From positions 52,206,001-52,270,000 of the forward strand of contig NC_086097.1 in assembly GCF_963921235.1 (NCBI RefSeq): a stretch of DNA of 64,000 bases. Reading direction: 5' to 3'. How positions within the stretch are numbered: position 1 is the first letter of the stretch; each line of letters begins with the position of its first letter. This DNA is from Mobula hypostoma (lineage: Eukaryota). Below are positions 27,530 through 39,696 of this stretch, piece after piece. Both the position numbers and the translations under genes were made by a program. The notes below the pieces were generated by a model. That model was not told where the DNA came from and searched no databases. It saw nothing but the letters and a program-made list of their open reading frames with translations.

Positions 27530-29200
27530 TACTAATTTCTATAGGTGTGTAAGTGGAGAGAATTCTGACTGGTTGCATCAGACACTAGTTGGAACCACCA
27601 ATGCACAGGATCACAAGAGGCTGCAGACGGTTGCAGACCCAGCCGGCTCACGGACAGAACCCTCTCCACTGTCAAGGGCATCTTCAAGAGACGGTACCTC
27701 AGGAAAGCGGCAGAGAGTGCAGAGACTGCAGAGAGTGGTGCGGACGGCCCAGCGCATCTGTTGATGTGAACTTCCCACTATTCAGGACATTTACAGTGAC
27801 AGGTGCATAAAAAGGGCCTGAAGGATCATTGGGGACCCGAGTAACCTCAACCACAAACTGTTCCAGCTGCGACCATCCGGGAAACGGTACCGCAGCATGA
27901 AAGCCAGGACCAACAGACTCCAGGACAGCTTCTTCCACCAGGCCATCAGACTGATTAACTCACACCGACACAATCGTATTTCTAAGCTATATTGACTTTT
28001 GTTGTATATCTTACTGTTCATACTATTTATTACAAATTACTATAATTTGCACATTACACATTCTGATGGAGGTGTAACATAAAGAGTTTTACTCCTCATG
28101 TATGTGAAAGATATAAGAAATAAAGTCAATTCAATTCATAAATCACTAAATATCTTCAGCAGGGGCAATGCTCTTTTAGAGTCATAGAGAAATACAACAC
28201 AGAAACAGGCCCTTTGGCCCATCTAGTCCATGCCAAAACCATTTAAACTGCCTACTCCCATCGACCTACATGAGGACCATGACCCTTCATACCCTCCATG
28301 CACCTATCCAAACTTCTCTTAAATGTTGAAATCGAGCTCGCATACACCACTTGTGCTGGCAGCTCAGGTCTCAGGACCCTCTGAGTGAAGACATTTCCCC
28401 TCATATCCCCCCTAAACTTTCCACCTTTCACTCTTAACTCATGACCCCTGGTTGTAGTCCCACCCAATCTCAGTGGAAAATACCTGCTTGCATTTACCCT
28501 ATCTATACCTCTCATAATTTTGTATACCTCTATCAAATCTCCTTTCAATCTTATATGTTCTAAAGAATACAGTCCTAACCTATTCAATCTTTCCTTATAA
28601 CTCAGGTCTTCCAGACCCGGCAACATCCTTGTACATTTTCTCTGCACTTTTCAACCTTGTTTACATTTTTCCTGTAGGTAGGTGACCAAAACTGCAGACA
28701 ATACTCCAAATTAGGCCTCACCAACATCTTTTACAACCTCAACATAGCACCCCATCTGCTGTAGTCGATACTTTGGTTTATGAAGGCCAATGTACCAAAA
28801 GCTTTCTTTATGACCCCATCTACCTGTGACGCCTCTTTCAACAAATTATGGGCCTGTATTCCCAGATCCCTTTGATCTACCACACTCCTATCTTGTAAGA
28901 CCTACCCTGGTTGGTCCTACTGAAGTGCAAAACCTTGCACTTGTCTGCATTAAATTCCGTTAGTCTTGTTCTTGTTATTACCATTGGGGAGTAGATACAA
29001 AAACCTGAAGAGAGATACTCTGTGATTTAGGAACATCTTCTTCCCCTCTGCCACCAGATTTCTGCACACTCCAGGAACCCATGAACACTACCTTTTCAAT
29101 AATTTTGTACTATTATGTATTTTGTAATTAATAGTAACTTTAATGTCTTTGCAACATACAGCTGCCGCAAATATCATGTCAAATAAGTGATTCTGATATT
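27530..29200 (+). mobile_element. Rex1-like 3' fragment carrying a nested second Rex1 3' end (~27715-28138) and a nested CR1
   Basis: AQDHKRLQ.V motif; nested copy LQRVVRTAQRI...PSGKRYRS with (aattc)n tail; outer copy resumes ~28975 (ccattggggagtagatac). Confidence 0.65.
28178..28960 (-). mobile_element. CR1 LINE 3' fragment
   Basis: ORF 28252-28647: TRMLPGLEDLSYKERLNRLGLYSLE..RLKGDLIEVYKI; tagagtcatagag tail. Confidence 0.9.
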
Positions 29201-29966
29201 CACAGGGCAACTAATTATGTGGAACTATGTGGACTGAGAAAAGTATTTCCAAATCTTCAATAATGTCTAGAAGTCAGACTTGGTTTCCAGAGTACAAATA
29301 TTCAGTGCTGTATTGGACAAGATAAAGTGACTGAAAGTAAATTCTGTCACTGTTTTTTCTGAGCCAAATTGGATTTTGGAACTAAATGAAAGCATTTGTG
29401 TCTCTAGGTGACATTAATCAACTTCATGCAGAGTAAAATGGGAAGGAGGGGAACTTTGACACAGTTTCAATTAACAGCAAGTATTATTGACCTCATTGTG
29501 AACAATAACAGTTTATTAGTAACAGATGCCTTTCCCTCAGTGTCTTAGTTCAGCATTCTTCTTCGTTCATTCTTTGTACAGCATGTTTCCTGTCAGAAGA
29601 TAAGTGTCCCACCAGATCAGTTAGGATTCTGGACTCAGTGCTTTAGAACTCCCTAGATCAGGAAGCTGCATTGTAACCAAATGATGGCTAGAGAACAAGG
29701 GTCAAGATGGAAACTGAGCCCAGATGCTGACTCATTTAGTCTGAAGCCATGGCAAGGGAGGCTACAGGTTCCCCTGGGTCTAAATATTGTCCAGTATCAA
29801 CCAATCCTTAAATAAGGTTAAATACTGAAAATGGCCATTAGATTACATCTTGTCAAACAATTATGTTAAACTCAGCTGTCAATATTAACAGGCATTTCAC
29901 ATATGGTGAATTCAGTAACGTTGGCCAAGAAATCCTTATGTGCCAGACAAGACATGGGACTGAAGG

Positions 29967-30112
29967 AACACACACAAAATGCTGGAGGAGCTCAGCTGGT
30001 CTCAGCCTGAAATGTCGATTGTTTATTCATTTCCATAGATGCTGCCTGAACTGCTGAGTTCCTCCAGCATTTTGTGTGTGTTGCTCTGGATTTCCAGCAT
30101 CTGCAGAATCTG
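29967..30112. repeat. Hairpin-forming Penelope pLTR-derived repeat
   Basis: acacacacaaaatgctggaggagctcagc ... gctgagttcctccagcattttgtgtgtgt inverted arms. Confidence 0.65.
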
Positions 30113-30399
30113 TCCATAGCACTGAGGAACTACCTGCTTCCATTGTGTGAGGGTGGAAGCTAATGGTAGAAAGGAATTCAGAGGTGGGAGAGTCAAAGCA
30201 TCAGTTGGATTCAGGAATTTTGGGGTGGTGGGAAGAGAGTTGGCACCTTAGTTGGGTTGGGGCAGTGGTGGGGGAATGGATAGTGATATGGTCATAAGCA
30301 GGTTGAACACCAAGTTGAACGTATAATGGAGGTGGGGGAAGGAGATTCAGGATTGTGTTCTGGATGAATTAGTAAGAGCAATAGAAGTGGGATGCAGGT

Positions 30400-33300
30400 A
30401 GGTTCGCTAGCATGGTTCGGGAGGGTTTAAACTAACTTGCAAGGGGGATGGGACCCAGAGCGATAGAGCAGTGAAAGAAGTGCATGGAATAAAGCCAGAT
30501 CTAACATATAGGGAGGCTTTGAGGAAAGAGAAGCAGAATAAACGGTGTAAAGACAGTAAAGTAGAAGGGCTGAAATGTGTATACCTCAATGCAAGAAGCA
30601 TCAGGAACAAAGGTGATGAATTGAGAGCTTGGATACATACATGGAATTATGATGTAGTGGCCATTACAGAGACTTGGCTGGCACCAGGGCAGGAATGGAT
30701 TCTCAACATTCCTGGATTTCAGTGCTTTAAAAGGGATAGAGAGGGTGGAAAAAGGGGAGGAGGGGTGGCATTACTGGTCAGGGATACTATTACAGCTACA
30801 GAAAGGGTTGGTAATGTAGCAGGATCCTCTTTTGAGTCAGTATGGGTGGAAGTCAGGAACAGGAAGGGAGCAGTTACTCTACTGGGGGTATTCTATAGGC
30901 CCCCTGGTAGCAGCAGAGATACAGAGGAGCAGATTGGGAGGCAGATTTTGGAAAGGTGCAAAAATAACAGGGTTGTTATCATGGGTGACTTTAACTTCCC
31001 TAATATTGATTAGCACCTGATTAGTTCCAAGGGTTCAGATGGGGCAGAGTTTGTTAAGTGTGTCCAGGATGGATTCCTGTCACAGTATGTGGACAGGCCG
31101 ACCAGGGGGAATGCCATACTAGATCTAGTACTACGTAATGAACCGGGTCAGGTCACAGAGCTCTCAATGGGTGAGCATCTGGGGGACAGTGACCACCGCT
31201 CCCTGGCCTTTAGCATTATCATAGAAAAGGATAGAATCAGAGAGGACAGGAAAATTTTTAATTGGGGAAGGGCAAATTATGAAGCTATAAGGCTAGAACT
31301 TGCGGGTGTGAATTGGGATGATGTCTTTGCAGGGAAATGTACTATGGACATGTGGTCGATGTTTAGAGATCTCTTGCAGGATGTTAGGGATAAATTTTTC
31401 CTGGTGAGGAAGATAAAGAATGGTAGGGTGAAGGAACCATGGGTGACAAGTGAGGTGGAAAATCTAGTCAGGTGGAAGAAGGCAGGATACATGAGGTTTA
31501 GGAAGCAAGGATCAGATGGGTCTATAGGAAAGCAAGAAAGGAGCTAAAGAAGGGGCTGAGAAGAGCAAGAAGGGGGCATGAGAAGACCTTGGCGAGTAGG
31601 GTAAAGGAAAACCCCAAGGCATTCTTCAATTATGTGAAGAAAAAAAAGATGACAGGAGTGAAGGTAGGACCGATTAGAGATAAAGGTGGGAAGATGTGCC
31701 TGGAGGCTGTGGAAGTGAGCGAGTCCTCAATGAATACTTCTCTTCGATATTCACCAATGAGAGGGAACTTGGTGATGGTGAGGACAATATGAGTGAGGTT
31801 GATGTTCTGGAGCATGTTGAGATTAAGGGAGAGGAGGTGTTGGAGTTGTTAAAATACATTAGGACAGATAAGTTCCCGGGGCCTGACGGAATATTCCCCA
31901 GGCTGCTCCATGAGGCGAGAGAAGAGATTGCTGAGCCTCTGGCTAGGATCTTTATGTCCTCGTTGTCCACAGGAATGGTACCGGAGGATTGGAGGGAGGC
32001 GAATGTTGTCCCCTTGTTCAAAAAAGGTAGTAGGGATAGTGCGGGTAATTATAGACCAGTGAGCCTTACGTCTGTGGTGGGAAAGCTGTTGGAAAAGATT
32101 CTTAGAGATAGGATCTCTGGGCATTTAGGGAATCATGGTCTGATCAGGGACAGTCAGCATGGCTTTGTGAAGGGCAGATCGTGTCTAACAAGCCTGATAG
32201 AGTTTTTTGAGGAGGTGACCAGGCATATAGATGAGGGTAGTGCAGTGGATGTGATCTACATGGATTTTAGTAAGGCATTTGATAAGATTCCACATGGTAG
32301 GCTTATTCAGAAAGTCAGAAGGCATGGGATCCAGGGAAGTTTGGCCAGGTGGATTCAGAATTGGCTTGCCTGCAGAAGGCAGAGGGTCGTGGTGGATGGA
32401 GTACATTCAGATTGGAGGATTGTGACTCGTGGTGTCCCACAAGGATCTGTTCTGGGACCTCTACTTTTCGTGATTTTTATTAATGACCTGGATGTGGGGG
32501 TAGAAGGGTGGGTTGGCAAGTTTGCAGACGACACAAAAGTTGGTGGTGTTGTAGATAGTGTAGAGGATTGTCAAAGATTGCAGAGAGACATTGATAGGAT
32601 GCAGAAGTGGGCAGAGAAGTGGCAGATGGAGTTCAACCCAGAGAAGTGTGAGGTGGTACACTTTGGAAGGACAAACTCCAAGGCAGAGTACAAAGTAAAT
32701 GGCAGGATAATTGGTAGTGTGGAGGAGCAGAGGAATCTCGGGGTACATGTCCACAGATCCCTGAAAGTTGCCTCACAGGTGGTTAGGGTAGTTAAGAAAA
32801 CTTATGGGGTGTTAGCTTTCATAAGTCGAGGGATAGAGTTTAAGAGTCGCAATGGAATGATGCAGCTCTATAAAACTCTGGTTAGGCCACACTTGGAGTT
32901 CTGTGTCCAGTTCTGGTCATCTCACTATAGGAAGGATGTGGAAGCATTGGAAAGGGTACAGAGGAGATTTACCAGGATGCTGCCTGGTTTAGAGAGTATG
33001 CATTATGATCAGAGATTAAGGGAGCTAGGGCTTTACTCTTTGGAGAGAAGGAGAATGAGAGGAGACATGATAGAGGTGTACAAGATAATAAGAGGAATAG
33101 ATAGGGTGGATAGCCAGCGCCTCTTCCCCAGGGCACCACTGCTCAATACAAGAGGACATGGCTTTAAGGTAAGGGGTGGGAAGTTCAAGGGGGATATTAG
33201 AGGAAGGTTTTTTACTCAGAGAGTGGTTGGTGCATGGATGCACTGCCTGAGTCAGTGGTGGAGGCAGATACACTAGTGAAGTTTAAAAGACTACTAGACA

Positions 33301-33414
33301 GGAATTATGGAGGAATTTAAGGTGGGGGCTTATATGGGAGGCAGGGTTTGAGGGTCGGCACAACATTGTGGGCCGAAGGGTCTGTACTGTGCTGTACTAT
33401 TTTATGTTCTATGT
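30400..33414 (+). mobile_element. CR1 LINE with nearly complete ORF2 (APE endonuclease and RT), few disruptions
   Basis: 30471-31013 LNARSIRNK, AITETW, MGDFNFP; 31089-31547 GDSDH; 31696-33276 (526 aa) [31 protein letters not shown]; (tatgttc)n tail. Confidence 0.97.
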
Positions 33415-34752
33415 CCTGAAAATACCCACAGAAAAGTTTTAACTTAGAAGATACCCACCAGTAGCTGGTTCTTAGCACTGCACACTTCTGACTAGAACTT
33501 GTTCAAACAGCTCCTCATTGAATATTGCCTCAAGGATCTGGACTCAGTGCTGTCCGGGTGTAGCTTGTGGGGTTTCCTCATAGCTCATTCTCTGTCAGCG
33601 GCTCCAGTATTCTGCAATATCACAAAGATGATCATTTTTTTTCCAGTAAATTGTCCCTTAGTGTAAGTAAGTAGCAAAATAATTTATAATAGAGTTGGTG
33701 GCCAAGTGAAAGGGAATGAAAACAAGATGACAAAGTTACACCAAGCACAGTAAATACTCAAAGGCGTTCAATAAATTTCACTCATAGATCATGAGATAGG
33801 TTTTCTAAACTATTAGATTTTGCCAGTGTTATGCCTTGAGATACAATACCATCATCCCACTATGTTTAAAGAGATGGATATTAACCTTTCAAGCAACATG
33901 GCTGATCAGTTCTTTTTAACCTCATTTGTTTCAAATGGAACAAAAGATTGTCCGCCTCAGTAACAAGAAATTCGTTTGGTCCAGCATCCATGCTTTATCA
34001 TGGAGGGAGTTTTCAATTTCCATTGCCCTTTAGTTGAATGTGAGTTCCCATCCCTCTCACCAATTCACCCCATTCCGTCCAGGATGGACTGGTGAGGTGG
34101 ATGGAGGTAGGAAGGCCTTGGGAAACCCATGGTAAAGCTTTTTATTTAAAGGATACATACCAGTAGCCGGCTCCCAGTGGAACTTCCATTTTTAAACATG
34201 CAATAAGATCACCCTTCAGTCTCCTAAACTCGGGGAACAGAAGCCAAGTTTTTGTAACCTAAGTACAATCTTTAAGTCTGTAATTCCTAATAGCATTCCA
34301 ATGAATATGCACTCCCCTTCACTGGTCAACATCCTGGAGACAGTAGCCAACAATTCATCGGTGCATCAAAGTCCAAATCCCTTTTATCCTATTGTTCTCC
34401 CGTAATACAAAAAATAATGCTTGTAGCATTCAGATTTGTCTTTCTAAGTCAATGACCTCAGAGTTCCACGTTCAGGAAATAAAACCTGGCGATGGTAATT
34501 GGAGTGATTAAAAATTGGCCATTCAATTCAGATGCAGGTGAGGGAATTACTAGATCTAAAAGTAGTGCTACATCAATTGTAATTATGGCACTGTCTTGTT
34601 AACCGTGGTACAACTTAGATGGGTAAAAGGCATGTTTTAAAAGTAGAATGAATATTTAATTCCTGAGTGGAATCAGTTAAGGAGAAATGAATTAATAATG
34701 AGACATTATATGGAAATGCAACACATGTTAAATTCATTTTCTGAAGTGGTGT

Positions 34753-35008
34753 TTATTTATTTATTTAGCGATGCCGCTCAGCAACAGGCTCTTACGGCCC
34801 AACGTGCCCACACTGCCCAATTGCACGCATGTGACCAATTAACCTCCTAGCCCGTACGTCTTTGGAAGGTGGGAGGAAACCGGAGCACCTAAAGGACACC
34901 CACATGGTCATGGGGAGAATGTACAAACTCCTTACAGACATCAGCAGGAAATGGACTGGGGTCACTGGCACTGTAATAGGCTTACGTTACCATGGGCCCT
35001 GTGCTGCT
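34753..35008 (-). mobile_element. HE1-like V-SINE
   Basis: V-domain-like ggaggaaaccggagcacc...acccac..ggtcatggggagaatgtacaaactcc; (ttta)n tail. Confidence 0.75.
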
Positions 35009-35989
35009 GTGCAATTACCACACTACAGGCAGCAACTAATTCTTTTAGTTTGGAACTTAATTATTTCTCAATGAGAAACATAAACGAGAAAGATGAATTA
35101 ATATCACAACTGGTTAAAAAAATAGATGTTAGAAGCTCTCAGCCGGTCAGGCAGTCTCAGATTCTACTCACTCAATATTGAATTAATGGTTCCAGACATC
35201 TGCTGGAGGAACTCAAAGTTGAATGTTCAAAGTAGATTTGTTACCAAGTTTATTATCACTGTGTACATCCCTGAGGTTCATTCTCTTGTGGGTATTGACA
35301 GTAAGTACAAAGAAGCACAAATGAAAAACTGCACACAACAAGATGGACAAACAAACAATGTGAAAAAGACAGGAAGGTCCCAATACTACAAAAACAAAAA
35401 CCTTATTCTCCCACCCAGCCTCCTCTAAAAATACCTTCCAGCTTGCTAAAGCTCTATCTGGGCTTCCCCCACTCTCCCACCCACCTTTAGGCTCCCAAAT
35501 CTCTATCATCACACCTCATTCTCCCACCTACCTTCATGCATCCAAACTACTGTCATCACACCTTGCTCTCCTCCCCAGCCCCGAGCTCACAAATCCACGT
35601 TCGAGAAATGAAACAGATCTATGAGCCTTCATCAGAATATATATGTGAGAAATCAAGCATGATTTACATTTCAGAAAGGGGCAGGGTGGAGAGAATACCG
35701 GATGGCTGTGCAAAACAAAGTTGTCAAAGTAGTCATTACTTCAGACGGGCCACAAGAGAATGCAGATGCTGGAATCTGGAGCAGCAAAAAAAACTTGGTG
35801 GGAGGAAATGAATTGTTAAAGTTTTTTGGGGGGGGTTATCAGTGCATTAGGTGCTTTGGGCTGGGTGGGAGAGTGGGTTTTTATTTGCAAAGCATTGAAG
35901 CTTCCTGAAACATCGTTAATTCATTTCCTCCCACAAATGTTGATCGTTGCACTCCAGTAGATAATTTGTAGCCATTAACTGCAATATCA

Positions 35990-36470
35990 AGACAAAAGGG
36001 TGCAGGTCAAGCACTGATAGTTAGTCTGTGACATTCCTGAGGTTTCCTCTTCATTGGAGAGATCAGACTCGGATTGCCCACTTACATTGATCTAATGTTG
36101 CCCAACGGAAGCTCAAGGTACAGTACCTCATCTTTCATCTGACATATTATAGCCCCCATGATTCGGTGTTGAACTCAACCAATTCTAGTAAGCAATTGTA
36201 ATTTCTTTCCAATGACGTTGCTGGAAATTTCATTTTTTAAATTTCTTTACCCTTTTACTTCTAACTGCTGGACCTTGACAATTTTGTTCTGCATTCAGTC
36301 ACAGACATGCTCCTTTTTCTTTGCTCCATCCCTCCTCCTTTTTGACACATAAAGCAGCTTTATTTTCTCACTTTTCCAGTTTAGATGAAGATTCGTTGAC
36401 ATGAAACTTTTGTCTCATTTTCTCTCTCCATAGATACTGAGTGCTGTCTGCATTTTCAGTTTTATTTTCG
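35990..36470 (+). mobile_element. Degenerate Penelope-like element 3' end
   Basis: FIGE...QRKLKVQYLIFHL resembles the GIY-YIG C-terminus; followed by a pyrimidine-rich tract and a degenerate gatgaa...gaaac hammerhead-like motif near 36380. Confidence 0.45.
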
Positions 36471-36724
36471 ATCTCAGGTTTTTACTCCAGCCCTTACTGA
36501 TTGTATAGAATAACTTTAGCAGATCTGATAACCCTTTTCCTTCAGTGCTTGCCCTTGACAGGCCATGCACAAAATTATTGATCACCATTGTGTCAGTTTC
36601 AGTGAGAACATTTTGATCAAAAGTTGTTCTAGAAACACAGCATTAGGCTGAAAAGCGCTACTTCTGAAATTCAAGATCTAGGTGGCAGGAGTCATGAGCT
36701 GAAGGCTGGAGTCGGAGAACACCA

Positions 36725-37810
36725 CCACACAGAAACAAGCCCCTCAGCCCACCTAAACCATGCCGAACCATTAATCCGCCTCGTTCCATCAGTCTGCTCC
36801 TGAGCTTTAGCCCTCCACACCCTTCCCATCTATGTACCGATTCAAACTCCTCTTAACTGTTCAGTTTGAACCAACATCCACCATTTGCACTGGGAGCTCA
36901 TTCCACACACTCAGCACCCTCTGAGTGAAGAAATTCCTCCTCACGATCCCCTTAAACATTTCACCTTTCACCCTTAACCCCACAGCCTCCCGTTGTAATC
37001 TCACCCAACTGGAGTGGTTGCATTTATCTTATCTATAAGCCTCATAATTTTGTATACCTCTATCAAATTTCCCCTCAATCTTTTATGTTTGAGGGAATTA
37101 AGTCCTAACCTATTCAATCTTTCCCTATAACTCAGGTCCTCAAGTCCCAGCAACATCCTTTTAAATTTTCTCTGCATTCTTTCAATCTTAATTACATCTT
37201 TCCTGTAGGTAGGTGACCGAAACTGCACACAATACTCCAAATTAGGCCTCGCCAATGTCTTCTACAATTTCAACATAATTTCCCAACTCCTGTACTCAAT
37301 ACATTGATTTATGAAGGCCAATGTGCCAAAAGTTTTCTTTACAACCCTATCTACCTGTGGCACCACTTTGGATCTGTATTCGCAGATGTCTCTGTTCTAC
37401 TGCATTCCTCAGTGCCCTACAGCTCACAGCATAAGACCTACCCTGGTTGGTCTGCCCAAAGTGCTACACTTTACACTTATCTACATTACATTCCATCCGC
37501 CATTTTTAGCCCATTTTTTCAACTGGTTCAGATCCCAGCCTTAGCAGACTTTGGAAGTCTTCCTTGCTGTCCACTGCACCCCCAATCTTGGTCATCCACA
37601 ATTTGCTGATCCAGTTTACCACATTACCACCCAGATCATTGATATAGACAACAAGCAACAACAGACCCAGCACCGAACTCTGCAGCGCACTTGCTAGTTA
37701 AGAAAAGCAACCATCTACTACCAGTCTCTGGCTTCTCCCGCGAAGCCAATGCCTAATCCAATTTACCACCGCACATTGAATGCCAGGTGACTGAACCTTC
37801 CTGACCAACC
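36725..37810 (-). mobile_element. CR1 LINE 3' fragment
   Basis: ORF 37001-37255: RPNLEYCVQFRSP...RMLLGLEDLSYRERL. Confidence 0.88.
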
Positions 37811-37829
37811 CCCCCCCCCCCCACGCAAA

Positions 37830-38156
37830 TGTCACAATCTTTGGACAAGCGGACCCAGGGGTGGAGTAAACTCAGGACTCGATAGTAGAAATTAACAATG
37901 AAGAATACTGAGAATTCGGAGAAAAATACTGAGAATAATCCCAAGCTTGCTTACTTGGCATTTGAACACACAGAACTGGTCAAAATCAAAAAACCATCAC
38001 CTGACAATGAGAAGAAAAAAGAAACCATAATCACATAATGATTATTACAAAAAACACGGCAACAGCTTAATGATAAAAGTAGTCACTAAGTAACTCTAAT
38101 AAACTCGAAACCTGCCGTCACCCAGTGTGCCTGGCTGATTGGAAGGGTTCATGACT
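37830..38156 (-). repeat. 3' LTR (327 bp)
   Basis: Minus strand AGTCATG...TGACA; shares tagtagaaattaac and acagcttaatgataaaagtagtca with 47073-47460; polypurine tract immediately upstream. Confidence 0.82.
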
Positions 38157-38160
38157 GGAT

Positions 38161-38174
38161 CCTCCCCCTGCCCC
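38161..38174 (-). promoter_or_regulatory. Polypurine tract (PPT)
   Basis: Minus strand ggggcagggggagg, 4 nt before the 3' LTR. Confidence 0.8.
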
Positions 38175-38283
38175 ACTTATGGCCAGCATCTGATGGCCCA
38201 GATCAGTCAGGATACATGTTATAAAAGTCCATGGTTAAATGAGGATCCAGAATGTCCTAAGAGGAAACCCAACATCTTTTCTC
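38175..38283 (-). pseudogene. Integrase chromodomain C-terminal remnant
   Basis: EKRCWVSS*DILDPHLTMDFYNMYPD*SGPS resembles the sushi-type EERSWVP.RDILDP.LI.DF....P. Confidence 0.75.
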
Positions 38284-39696
38284 TGCAAAAAGTTTCCATT
38301 TTCCTCGCTAACATAATTGATTTTCACCACAAATGTTCTGCTCATTCTTTGAATTAATCCTAACAGGTAGATTAAGGACTAAAGGAACAGCTACATTATC
38401 CAGAATCTTTCTGTACTTCATAGTTGCAAGATCAAAGGAGAATCATAATAAAGTCAAGATAAGATAATGCGGTCTTCCAGTTAATTCCATCACTTCTGCT
38501 TCTTGTAATGAGGTACATTTATTGAAAATAATATCTGCTATCACCAAACAGCATTTCTGGTGAAAGAAAGTAGTTAATGATATCAGAAACCATCTACAAT
38601 TTGCTGAGTCACACACTTCTTCCCCAGAGGCCACTGAAAAATCATTCTGTGGCAAACAACTAATTCTAGATGCTGCATTCTCCCCTTTTGCTGTTCCATG
38701 GGAACCGATTATTTCAAATGGTACCACTCGCACTGAATGCTCCTTATATTTTGTTTGTGTCTGTTTATTTAGAGTCTTGGCCATCATGTGTTGGTGCTCA
38801 TTTTGTGATGCCAAATTACCTGCACTCGTAATCTTCATTGAAACATTAGGACCACCTTTGTAGAACCTTGTTAGGCAGTGGAAAATGCTCGAGCTGTGTC
38901 TGTAAAAGCTTCCTCTTGGAGGGAAACATTGTAACAACAGTAACAGAAGATCCTAGTCCCCAATTTCCCTCCAAACATTCTTTCTATTACTGTTTTCTCT
39001 GGATCTCAACCTTCTGTACAGGCTTCATTGCCTGAATGTCTCAGTCCATGAGATACTCCTTTACTAGGCTTCTCCTCTTCATGTAGCCTGTCCAATAGAT
39101 ATCTTCAATACTCTGACTGGTTCTAATGCAATCTGTGATTAAACCATGGAGGAGATGAAGCTTTCAAGAAGATATATGGAGAGATGGAGAGATGGCTATG
39201 TTCCAGGAAAGCAAATAACCATGGAAGTTTCATCATTCATAATTGCGAATCACTCTCCTTGAGTAGCATAACAGCATTCCTGAAGTCAGAAGTCATGAAA
39301 AGGACCTGAATGACACTCTTCACGTAGCAGGTATCACCAAGATCTGCCAGTCCTGTCTTTCCTGTATCCAATTTTGCAGGATACCTGGATGGCACAAAGA
39401 AAAATGCATTGGAACCTTTGCATGAGGCAATGAGTGTCAGACAGAAGGTTGAGAAAGTTGAGTCTTGAGTACAAAGGTTCCAATACATTTTACGCTGTGA
39501 CATCCAGGCATTCTGATTGAGCAGCTGCTTTGTTTTTCCCTCATTTGGAACGGGAAAATCCTTTAGTGATTATATGACAGGTTCATTTAGGTCAGGGAAG
39601 CCCGAAAACTGCAAGATCATGCAGAGTACCAAAACAGACCATTGTTGTCGACGGCTTATAGCAGAATTGGACTCTTCTTTAGAGAATGACATTATT
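38284..39696 (-). pseudogene. USP35: USP35 processed pseudogene, 3' segment (catalytic domain, truncated before the His box)
   Basis: KEESNSA...FSGFPDLNEPV...QNAWMSQ; KLDTGKTGLADLGDTCYVKSVIQVLFMTSDFR (Cys box); LLDRLHEEEK; CTSLQEAEVMELTGRPHYLILTLL*FSFDLATMKYRKILDNV; no introns; many stops and frameshifts; closer to recalled USP35 than USP38. Confidence 0.85.
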
